Assembly (NCBI GenBank): GCA_002245135.1
Contig: NGBS01000015.1
Location: forward strand, 124,001-153,504
Origin: Proteromonas lacertae
Lineage: Eukaryota
Direction of reading: 5' to 3'
DNA length: 29,504 bases
A program made the position numbers and the translations under genes. Within the stretch, counting starts at the first letter, position 1. The number at the start of each line of letters is the position of its first letter. Shown piece by piece: positions 1-12,000 of this stretch. The notes beneath the pieces are model-generated. The model did no database searches. It was not told the origin of the DNA and was given only the letters and a program-made list of their open reading frames with translations.

Positions 1-1
1 C

Positions 2-677
2 AACACAAGTACATCTTGTCCAGTAATTGGATGTTTAGCAGTAGTTGTATCAGGATTTATAGTAGGATCTAATGGTGAAATTGACTTTTCCTTAGCTGGT
101 ACAATATTTGGAGTAATGTCATCCATCTTTGTTAGTCTCAATTCAATATATACAAAGAAATTAGGATTTGTAGTAAATAATAATGAATGGACTTTAGCAT
201 TTTACAATAATATGAATGCATCAGTTTTATTTATTCCATTTATGATTGGTTTTGGTGAAATATCTATTCTATCCAATCATATTCCTCAACTAATGTCATT
301 GAAGTTTTGGTTGTTTATGATGATAGCTGGTGTATTTGGATTTTTAATTGGTATTATAACAATTAAGCAAATAGCACTTACAAGTCCATTAACTCATAAT
401 GTGGTATAATTTATAATATTTTATATCCATTATTATATATTTTCTATAGGTTGGAACAGTAAAAGCTGCATTACAGACTGTATTAGCTTTCTATATATGG
501 GGAAACCCTGTAACATTTGGTGCTGCATTTGGTGTTGTATTAGTATTAGCTGGTTCATTATTATACTCGTATGTGAGAAATATAGAAATGGATAAAAAAG
601 CTGAGGTGAAAACTCCCAAATTACCTTCAGACGAAGAGCTTGAGCCTTTGAATGATAAAAATAAAGTGAATATTTAA
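2..677 (+). CDS. SLC35C1: GDP-fucose transporter-like nucleotide-sugar transporter (SLC35C1/TPT family), 5' end outside the window; exons <2-403 and 450-677
   Basis: The spliced translation reads ...GFIVGSNGEIDFSLAGTIFGVMSSIFVSLNSIYTKK...FYNNMNASVLFIP...TSPLTHNV|VGTVKAALQTVLA...VLAGSLLYSYVR, matching SLC35C1 motifs (SLNAIYTTK, FYNN, TSPLTHNVSGTAKA). A 46-nt GTATAA...TAG intron at 404-449 restores the frame. Stop TAA at 675-677. Confidence 0.88.
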
Positions 678-1093
678 TTGGTTATGATATTTAGATATTA
701 TATAATAATTATTCTAATATTGTTAATGTTTTTGGTTTTAAAAACTGTATTAATCACCTTTAGATTTATTTGTTGTATATATTGTATATGCAAATGCGCA
801 GTCACAATTAAGCTAAATTTCTACATAAAACCATATAACTAACAATTAAATATATATTTAATATACTTTTTACAATGATATCCTCTTTCATCTACACTGT
901 CCTATATCTTAATGCAAAAATAACGCAATAAAAATATGTGTATAGATAATGTATAACAAAAAATATATAATGTTTTAAAAACCAATTCTTTTAATTTAAC
1001 AATTTAAATCATAAGTGTCCTGAATAAAAATATCCATCTCATTTTTTCAACATAATGTCGAACCAAGCTTGAAACGGATATTGATTTAATTGA

Positions 1094-2871
1094 ATGGAGA
1101 GTGAAGCAAATGTATATCATATAGACTATATATTTAGCCAACATATTGGTGTATTGGTGATCAATACAATGGAAAAATTACTAAGTCTAATGTGAATAAT
1201 ATGATAATCAAAACAATAATTATTAAAGATGCAAGCAAAAAATTGATACAGAGTTTTATTCACAACATTACATTAGTGAATACATGTTTGTTTTACCTTT
1301 CTGTTGATTATTATTGTACTTTTTCCTTAAATGAGCTAATTCTTACTTCAAGAAGAATGCACTATAATTTAGAGCAACTACTTTATGTGGAAGGTATTAC
1401 ATTTAATATGCGTGCTTATAGTTTCAAACAAATATGCCTGGTTGCCAAAATCTTCCATTCTTATAATTTAATGCATGGTAATATAAGGCCAACCAATATT
1501 TTTCTTACTAAAGAAAGAAAATTTTGTACTTCTGATTATTTTCTAAATGAAATTAGAGAAAATTGTAATCATCCAGCCAGCTACTACAACTACTCTAGCC
1601 CTGAACAGATATTGGGCAAAGAATTGAGTACTCAGTCTGATATATGGAGTTTAGGTTGTATATTGTACTTTATTTTAACTCATAATCTTTTATTTTCATC
1701 TCATACATTATACAATTTATTACACCTTCAACAATATAAGAAAGATGTAAAATTAGCCGGCCCATCGATATATAATAATATAATAAACGGCACTTTAAAA
1801 TATGAAGCTGAAAAAAGAATGAAAATTAATGAAATACTTCAATTATTAAGTAATAGTATAGTTCATATTTTAAAATTATTTTAAAGTAGATGATACACAT
1901 TTAATGGATTTTTATAACGTTAACAATAAAAGAGATGTAATTTTAAGAATAATAAATAATGTAACAACAAATCCTAATGATGAAAAAATGATAGTGTTAT
2001 ATCCTAGTATTTAAATGATGATTATATTTCTCCTATAGAATTAATAAAGGAATTATTACACATTATGTTCATGAATAAAGATATGAAGTTATTTTATTAT
2101 ATATTTAACACAATGATGAATAATTATTTTGAAGACTTAATAAATGATGTTAGATATATGTTAATGAAGTATTATGAAAAGATCAAATATCTATTCATTA
2201 ATAGTATTAAAGTCGATTATTATGATGATTTTGATCAAATAAGAAATTATCTATGTATATTTATGCAATTAAGCGATTCAAATACACTTGGATTAAAAGG
2301 TATAAATGATACTTCAGTTCCAATTGTTTATCCTTATTCAAGACCTTTACAATCAATACTTCTACAAATAAGATATATGAAGTATCTTCAACATATTGAT
2401 TTACAGAATAATGAAATGAACATTATAGAATTGAACACACTATTAAAAGAATTAAAAGAATGTAAAAGTTTAAAATCAATTGATATTTCTCAAAATCCTA
2501 TAGGTGATGAAGGTTTTAAAATTATTATTCCATATTTGCATTTAATGGTGAATAAAAGAAATAAGTACAGCAAATATTTATCACTATCAGGAATGAATAT
2601 AACCTCAAAATCAATTCATTTATTATGTCAAAATCTATCTCAAATATGCAAAGTAGAAGTAATTAATTTTTCTAATAACAACATCAATATTATTGGCTTT
2701 GAAGAGTTTAGTTATTTTATATTTGAATTACAAAGATTATATAAGCTAAATTTGAGTGATGCAGGTAATATAGGAGTTAGAATTATAACAGTAATTTCAA
2801 ACATGAAAAGAAATTGTCCATCTTTGAAAATTGTAAAAACTCATCCCAAAGAATCTTTTGTATTGAAATAG
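1094..2871 (+). CDS. Pseudokinase + ribonuclease-inhibitor-like LRR protein (paralog 1); exons 1094-1111, 1138-1855, 1890-2006, 2039-2871
   Basis: GT-AG introns 1112-1137 (26 nt), 1856-1889 (34 nt) and 2007-2038 (32 nt) join ORFs 1192 and 2065 in frame. Kinase-fold motifs: HGNIRPTNIFL (HRD to HGN), TSDYF (DFG to DYF), SPEQILG, SDIWSLGCILY. C-terminal LRRs: LQHIDLQNNEM, LKSIDISQNPIGDEG, LSLSGMNIT, INFSNNNI. Confidence 0.82.
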
Positions 2872-3017
2872 TATAGATTGTAATAATAGTATAATAACTT
2901 TTAATTTATAATCTCGACATTTCTTTAATTTATCTAACAAACATACGTTATAAAAAAAATAGTCAATAATTATTACAAAGTAATTAATGAAAATAATAAT
3001 CAAACATATCTATCAAA

Positions 3018-4329
3018 TTACTCGTCTTTAATCTCAATCGTTCTACCAATACATTGACCCTCTTTCACAGCATCACCTTCACCAACAACAAACTCGAAAG
3101 GAGTACTTTCAAAGATCAAAACTACTGTTGATCCTAATTTGAAACATCCTATCTCATCTCCCTTTAGTATTGCCGTATTATCTTCATAAGTGTACCACAC
3201 ATTCTCTCTAAATGGTTGACTCAATTTATTTGTGTGTAATTCAGGTATGTGGTTTATTTGAATAGATCCGACATTTGTTGCACCTACTGCTGTCATTGAG
3301 TAGAATCCTTTTTCCCAATGTCCTCTCATCACAACTCTTTCATTTATTGCAAATAATCCTTTTAATTTCTGTGCAAATGAGGGTTTTACAGGATATAAAT
3401 ATCCAGGGTAATGGATCGTCCTTAATATTCTCCAGTCAGTTGGTGAATGGAAACGATGGTAATTAGAAGGTGATAGATAAATTGTACAATAATATAAATG
3501 TCTTGGTTTATTGTCTGGAGCACTTTCTGCATTTACTTTGACTGAGGCTGGTAATACGCCTATAAAGTCTTCTAATGGATATCTTACACCTTTCACTTGT
3601 TGTAACAATGGATTATCTATTCTTGGATCAAGCTATTATATATAATAATTATAATTATATATATAGTGTATAGATACTTTACCAATATATAAAACTCTAC
3701 CATCTACTGGAGAACACATTGCATTTGATTCTTCACATACTGGTCGACTTCCCATCTTTAAACCTCTTGAAAATACATCATTTAATGTACGATATTCAGT
3801 TAAAGGTTTTCTATAATATAATTAATATTATTTATACTCGATTTCTGACTCATCTGCTTTTAGATATGATAAAAATGCATGAAAGACTTTTTCTCTCATT
3901 GATAATGGTCTATATGTTGTATATTAATAAATATTAAAGTATACACTGGTACAGATGCCAATAAACCAGTAAATCTTGAGATTCCTCTATTTGGTACTTT
4001 ATTTAATATTTTCATCTATCAATTAAATCAGATTTGTCTATACTTGTGAGGTTGTGTATGTTTTTTCTTCTTCTGGTGTGTGAGACCCTAAAGTTTCAAT
4101 ATACTCTTTTCGATCATAAGGTAGCATAGCAAAATATCCTCCGGCTACGCAGCAAACACCAAGGCCTATTATTCAAAATTAAATATTATACCAATCGCCC
4201 ATTTTGTCTTTCGAAAACGTTTCACTGGCTTTCCAGCTAATTAATAGATATGGATCTGATACCTTTCGCTGCAAATTGACGAAAATCACTACGTAATAAT
4301 TGTTTAGCTACTCTGTTCACTCCAAACAT
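3018..4329 (-). CDS. PISD: Phosphatidylserine decarboxylase proenzyme (PSD1/PISD type), 7 exons, with a putative mitochondrial targeting peptide
   Basis: Motifs SPVDG, QVKGVRY, YLSPSNYHRFHSP, NERVV, VGATNVGSI and the autocleavage motif FKLGSTVVLIFE. Six GT-AG introns (4262-4237, 4191-4166, 4043-4016, 3944-3910, 3837-3811, 3677-3633) give an open frame from ATG 4329 (MFGVNRVAKQLLRSDFRQFAAK...). Confidence 0.95.
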
Positions 4330-4343
4330 GACATGAAAAATAA

Positions 4344-5330
4344 ATGAGGGACGAGCCTGGCTTGTTTTCAAAAATCTTCATTTAAAAAAAAGTGGCAAAG
4401 CAGGTAATTAATGAAACTCCTTTCATCACTTTAGTAGTTATTTTCACATCGGTATCCTTATTTTTATTACTTGTTTTCAGTAATGACACTTTGTTTTTAA
4501 GATGTAATACTTTGAGTTTATTTTCTTTCTCAAAACTCAAAAACTATCATGTATAATATCTTAATTATTTAAATACTAAATAGGTCATTTTGACATCACA
4601 GTTTTATCATACTTCATTCTCTCATTTACTCATTAATATATATTATTTTCGTTGGATTGGAAGTAGTTTGGAACAATTGATGGGATCAATTCGTTATTTA
4701 TTTTTGTTATCTATGTTATCTATCATTACATCAAGTTTATTTTTGTTTTATTCAAAGTATGTTTATTATAGTGATAATGATAATACTTCTCTATATGTAT
4801 CAGGAATGGGATTGTCAGATATCATTATTCCAATGGATATGATAGAAATGTTGTATAATAATAAAAATAATTTAAAAATGAACTATATCCAATCCAATAA
4901 TTGTCAGTTTTATAGAATCATTTCATATTACATTTTGTTATTTATTTTTGTTGGATCTGGTTCATATATTTCAGAGAGATATAATAGAATTGGATTTATT
5001 GTTGGAATAATTCTCTGTTGTTTTAATAAAATAATTAATTTAATCATACCTAGTTTGAAATTATCAAAGATTATGGAGAATAGTGTTTTTAGATTAATTT
5101 CATTCAATTCAAATTATGTTTTTACACCAAAAGTGAATGTGTTTAATCGTCCTTTTGTTATGTCGTTTGTTGTATTTTATTATAGATTGTTAAATACTAT
5201 ATTTTGTCCTGTATATCTATCACATAAGTTCAGTGGTTATATATTGAAAAGAATACCATTGAAATTGGATAATGAAAGTGATTATGATGAAGAGAATGAG
5301 ATTAGTTTTGAAGAGAGAATGGAATTGTGA
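4344..5330 (+). CDS. Rhomboid-like membrane protein, probably catalytically inactive; start uncertain (stop/indel near the A-run at about 4383-4391)
   Basis: The spliced frame reads TPFITLVVIF...(intron 4551-4583)...LTSQFYHTSFSHLLIN...IGSSLEQLMGSIRY...GMGLSD. This resembles the rhomboid TP.vT, H.s..Hl..N, LE...Gs.rf and GxS motifs, with multiple hydrophobic helices. No His is visible at the TM6 position. Confidence 0.6.
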
Positions 5331-6014
5331 TGAAGACATGAAAGAACTAGAAAGTGATATAATTGATGATATAATTATGTTATAAATAAATTAAATTAAG
5401 ATGTAAAGCAATTCCGTCTCTATATTCTATTTAATAGTATATTAAGATATTTTTGTGTATAGAAGGGTAGAAATAAAAGAAAATCATTTCATTCAAGCCA
5501 AAAGCTTGTGTTTCTTTATCAAATCTAAAATATCTCTAAATTGAGAATGTTATATCATTGTCAGATAGTTTATTATAAAATATTACGATAATAACATGAA
5601 GATTACTGACATACAAGAGTAATACAGACATTTAGCAGATTACTGTAAAGACGTATTATATTACCATTAATATAGTTAAACTAAATAATAATATTCATTG
5701 GTATATAGCATGCTCATATCTGTTAAGGATGATTAAAATTCTAATTAAAGCTTGCGTATTAAGTATTTTATAAACTTCTGTATAGATTATAAATTGGAGT
5801 ATTAGTTGTTGTAAGGGAATTTATTTGTAGAACAAACACATCTCATCAACATCTGTTGTTGTTAAATTATTGAATGGTTTATATATTATGTTATTCTATC
5901 AAATATTTCTATATAAAGAAGTATTAAGTTTAAAAGATGAGGTATAAAAGCAGAATAAAAAAAAGTGCACACTCAGTCAAAAATAATCTAATAATTCCTC
6001 ATCTGATATTTCTT

Positions 6015-9000
6015 ATGAAATATAAATTTATTGTAGTGTATTTCCTTCTAGTAATATTTGTTACCCCTTTTAACATCACTGCAGAAGAAACTGAGGTAAA
6101 GAGAGAGTTAATTGAAAGTGATAGTGATGATGGAGGTCATCTCACTACAATTGTTAATGCAAGATCTAAAGCTAATTATAATTTTGCAAGTAATAATGCT
6201 CCAAAGATATCTGTTCGTCTTTATGAAAAATTACCAAGTGGTGTTACAATAAAGATTGGTGCTTTGAATGATGATGGTTCAGTAATTGCAAATAGTTATA
6301 AACCCATATCTGTAACAGCATTAGACCCTCAAGTTATTATCGTCATACCTTCAGTTAAAGCTGTGATTACAATAACTACTGGTTATGATTCAACAAATTT
6401 ATTTACATTACAATGGAATCTTCTTTATTGTGAAGATAACGAATGGAGTAAAAGTAAAACAGAAGGTGTTTGTGAAGTATGTTCTACAGGAGTGGCAAAT
6501 GATGACGATAATTATTTGAATATTTGTCCATGTAATCCAAACACTCACTATTTCAATACTGATAATAAGAAATGTGAAGAATGTCCATTTGGTACATTTC
6601 GACCAAAAGGTTCAAAGAAATGCTTAAGTCGAATTCCAATCGATGTAAATTTCATGTATTTAGGACTTAGTTTATTGAATGAAAATAGTTTATCTCCGAT
6701 ATATGTAGAAACTTCCAAGTTATTAAATTACGATTTAAATTTTGTATCTTCTGATCGAATTGGTAAGAGTATGATATCTTATAATTCCTGGTGTCAAGAT
6801 GTATTAAATGTAAATGTTGAACATGAATATAATAGAAATTGGTGTAAGGATGGTAATGGATATGATTTGAATTATGTAAATAATGCAATCGGTAAATATG
6901 TGAATGAAGATCCAACTGAATTTTATTATGAATTTACTGAAAGAAGTTTAAATGAGTTGAATCAAAGATATCGATTATATATAATAATATGTAAAGATAA
7001 TTTGCCTGAAGTATTAGATTATAGTGGAATTCGTTTTAGAGATGGTGGATTTTATGATTATAATGATGATTATCGAAATCATTTATTAATAATCAATACA
7101 GGTAATGTCAACTATGATTTAAGTAATTATCGAAACATCGAAATACATAATATAGGAAATGATAATAAAGAAACAATAATGAAGATAATAAAAGAAAGAA
7201 TAGCTGGAATTAAATTTGCAGAAGGTAAATTACCTAGTCCATGTGGTCGAAATACTCGTTACGAGAATAATGAATGTATAGCATGTGATTTGAGTGAATA
7301 TAGTTATGCTGGTAGTTATAAATGCTCAAAATGTGAAGGTGGTGTTAATTGTGATTCAACAAGTCGTTTAAAAGCCAATTTTTTGTGAATAGTGAAGGTC
7401 AATTAACAAAGAATGTGAGAAGCAATGAAGAACATCGAATCGAAATTCCTTCAAATAATGCCTAAATATATAAATTTCCAAAAGAATATAAGAGAAACTG
7501 ATGATATAAACTTATATTTAGCAAATAGTTTATATTTATATTCAAGTGCTTTGGCTCATAAAACAATTGATAGAAGTGTAACCAGTTGGCAAAAATTTGA
7601 GTTGAAAGAGAATGAATATCATTCAATAGTAATAATAACATCCAATTATTATGGTAGTATTAATCAAAATTTCCGTTGGAGTTTACAATGGTGTGAAGTA
7701 GGATCTTGGAGTCCAAATCAAAATCGAAATAACTGTGAAGTATGTTCTACAGGAGTAACCAATGAAGATGATAATTATTTGAATATTTGTCCATGTAATC
7801 CAAACACTCACTATTTCAATACTGATAATAAGAAATGTGAAGAATGTCCATTTGGTACATTTCGACCAAAAGGTTCAAAGAAATGCTATAAGTCGAATTC
7901 CAATCGATGTAAATTTCATGTATTTAGGACTTAGTTTATTGAATGAAAATAGTTTATCTCCGATATATGTAGAAACTTCCAAGTTATTAAATTACGATTT
8001 AAATTTTGTATCTTCTGATCGAATTGGTAAGAGTATGATATCTTATAATTCCTGGTGTCAAGATGTATTAAATGTAAATGTTGAAACATGAATATAATAG
8101 AAATTGGTGTAAGGATGGTAATGGATATGATTTGAATTATGTAAATAATGCAATCGTAAATTATGTGATATGAAGCTATCCAGACTGAATTTTATTATGA
8201 ATTTACTGAAAGAAGTTTAAATGAGTTGAATCAAAGATATCGATTATATATAATAATATGTAAAGATAATTTGCCTGAAGTATTAGATTATAGTGGAATT
8301 CGTTTTAGAGATGGTGGATTTTATGATTATAATGATGATTATCGAAATCATTTATTAATAATCAATACAGGTAATGTCAACTATGATTTAAGTAATTATC
8401 GAAACATCGAAATACATAATATAGGAAATGATAATAAAGAAACAATAATGGAGATAATAAAAGAAAGAATAGCTGGAATTAAATTTGCAGAAGGTAAATT
8501 ACCTAGTCCATGTGGTCGAAATACTCGTTACGAGAATAATGAATGTATAGCATGTGATTTGAGTGAATATAGTTATGCTGGTAGTTATAAATGCTCAAAA
8601 TGTGAAGGTGGTGTTAATTGTGATTCAACAAGTCGTTTAAAACCATTTTTTGTGAATAGTGAAGGTCAATTAACAAAGAATGTGAGAAGCAATGAAGAAC
8701 ATCGAATCGAAATTCCTTCAAATAATGCCTAAATATTTAAATTTCCAAAAGAATATAAGAGAAACTGATGATATAAACTTATATTTAGCAAATAGTTTAT
8801 ATTTATATTCAAGTGCTTTGGCTCATAAAACAATTGATAGAAGTGTAACCAGTTGGCAAAAATTTGAGTTGAAAGAGAATGAATATCATTCAATAGTAAT
8901 AATAACATCCAATTATTATGGTAGTATTAATCAAAATTTCCGTTGGAGTTTACAATGGTGTGAAGTAGGATCTTGGAGTCCAAATCAAAATCGAAATAAT

Positions 9001-12000
9001 TGTGAAGTATGTTCTACAGGAGTAACCAATGAAGATGATAATTATTTGAATATTTGTCCATGTAATCCAAACACTCACTATTTCAATACTGATAATAAGA
9101 AATGTGAAGAATGTCCAATTGGTACATTTCGACCACATATGCTTTAAAATGTAGTTATACTCCTGATGTACTGACTAGTTTATCTACAACTTATATCAAC
9201 TCATTATTTAGTTTCAGCAAATATTCAATGATGATGTATTCTATGAAGAAGATTTTATTCAAATCAATAAATACATTTTCATTTTCTGTTTTATCAGATT
9301 ATCAAATTGATCAAATTAAATCTAATCCCAGTTTTATTATTTATTCAAAATTACCTCAATCTTCATTGAATCAATTGACTGGAATGTTTTTAACTCATAT
9401 TAATAACAAATATACTCTATCAACATATCCATTTGTTAAACTCTATTCAACTGATGAAAACAAGTTTGATTATTCATATATTAATATTGGTGTATATTTA
9501 TCAATTGATGATTCAATTCCAATAATAAAAGAATGTGTAAATATCAATAAAAACTCAAATGATTTTACCAAAACAATAGTTTCCAATAATGTATTTTTGA
9601 TATTTGTTACTTTAAATAAAGAAAAAGAGATTGTTTCAAATGAGATAGAAAATCTATTAAGTTGTATTTATGGAATAGTAATAACAAAAAGTGAAATAGA
9701 TGAATCATTGAAAATGATTTCTTCAATTTCTCCTTCTCTTCAACCTGATAATCCATTTCTATCACCCAAAATCTTCCAATATTGAATCATGTAGATCTGA
9801 AGTACTTTCTTCAGTGTATAACACCTATTTTACAATTCCTAAAACCTGCTTTCTAAAAGACACTCAAGAGAAAGTATATGGAAGAATAATCTCTCCATTA
9901 AATGGATTAATAGTCAGTGTAAATGAAAATAATGGATTTGAATTAATATGTAAAGATGAAGAATGTATAGGTTTAAATGTATTAACCTTAGTTGGTCAAA
10001 ATGGAGTTGAATTAAACAAACATACAATCGAAATAACAATAAGTAAAACTTCATCAATTCCTCGTTTTAATCGAAAATACTCAAAGAAAATCGATATTGG
10101 TATAAAATATGATTTAGAATTATCTGAATATCTCTTATCAAAATATTATCCATTAAATGTAAAGATATTAAAAGAGAATGATATATGTGATAAATATGTA
10201 TATTTATTAAATCAAAGAATGTATATTGAATGGACAAATCCTACAGATATAGAATCTTGTATAATGAGTTTATCAATAAAATTCCAAGATTCAATTTCCA
10301 CAGTTGAATTATCAATATCTCCAAATATTGAAACAATTGAACTATATGATGATTTACAATTCTATTATGAGAATAATGCTTATAAAATCGATTTGACATG
10401 TGATGACTATAAAGCATTAAGTGATTCTCAACCAATAGAATCTATGAAAAATGAAACTGGATTTTACTATTTACCTCCTGAATTAGAAGTATTAACAATT
10501 CATGAAGCAATGATAATTTGTTATTTAGATGATGAAGTAAAATTCTATGGATATGAATATTTATATTTAAGTGGAGAAATGATATTTCCAAATCAACTAT
10601 CAATATTGAACATACTTCCAGAATCTTATCAATATGAATTTAATAACAAACCATCAACATTAATCAAAGTGAATGAAATACAAAATAATCATATTCTTAT
10701 TAGTCGAATCACAGTTGGAGATAAATCAACCAAATTCATTTTATGTTCTTATTTGAATGAAAATTATATGGGATGTAATTATAATTTAGAATCTTATTTA
10801 TCAGATAGTTCAAATGAAGGAACATTATTAGTTCATGAAATTGAAGATAATCCAACATCAAAGATTATATTTTATGATGAATGTGTGAATAATTGCAATC
10901 ATGGAAGTTGTATATTTGGAGAATGTGTATGTATGAAAGGATGGAAGAATGCTGATTGTAACAGTGAATTTATCTCTCCAATATTTAAGAATGATGTAAA
11001 GATAATTGAATGTGAAGAGAATAAGAAATGTTCATTTAAAAATCCAATTGTTATTGAAAATAGTAATGTGTTTAAAGATATATCTTACTCAATATCAAAA
11101 CCATTCAAATATGAAAAAGACAGCAATTCATTTATATCCTCTGTGATAATAACAAATTTAGTTGATATTCGAAATATAAGAATCTCAATCAAAACAGATA
11201 ATGAGATAAACTCATTTGAAGTTGAGATAAAACTAATACTTAAAATCAAGCCGGAGTTGAAATTATCTGATTATTTAGAATGTAAAACAAAGACAGATTC
11301 ATATATATCTTCATCCAACATATTCAAAATATCAAATGAAAATAAAATGAAATTAATGATAGAAAAGAAATGTGAAAATGAGAAGAAAGGAAGAAAAATG
11401 ATAATAAAAGAAAATTCCTTTTCAATATCTGAAATATCCAAATCAGATTGTATTTACACATTATCTAATCCAAATTCTGTTGATTTAAAGTCGTCTTACA
11501 ATCTGAAAGGAAATAGAATATATTTTGATTCTTCAAATATTTATCAAAATCCAAACTGTATAGATTCTGATAAATGTGAGATTAATTTCACAATCCATAA
11601 ATCTTGTTTAATTTCCTCAATAGAATTACCAAATATTAATGGATTGAAGTTAAGTCAAAACAAAACTAATGAAAATGAGATAGAAATAACAATAGAATGT
11701 GATAAAGAATCTTCAAATGATAATAGAATAAATGAATATGAAATAGAGATAAAAGAATTCGGAATAACAATCCCAATATCATTTGATTATCGAGAATATA
11801 ATATAAAATCAAATAAAGATGGATATTCCATATCATTAATGAGAGATGAATGTGTAATGAAATCCATTGAAATATCTTTTCATATTCCATACTCAGTGTT
11901 ATTAATAATAGAATCAGATTCTTCATCAATAACTCCAATCAACAAAAACATGACCTTATATTCGAAAGACTATTTAAATGAATTGTCATATTCAATTCCA

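Noticed and set aside
5331..6014. Longest intergenic spacer as a possible hidden gene or ncRNA
   Set aside because: I could not build a convincing spliced ORF or see a tRNA/snRNA-like structure. An Infernal/Rfam search would be needed to exclude an ncRNA.
5937..6014. Upstream ATG 5937 as the start of the giant protein
   Set aside because: ATG 6015 directly precedes a typical signal-peptide-like sequence, and the extra 26 codons look like UTR.
6471..9136. The 1.26-kb direct repeat as LTRs, a transposon or a CRISPR-like array
   Set aside because: The copies are adjacent and protein-coding, with no TSDs, terminal inverted repeats, transposase/RT motifs or unique spacers.
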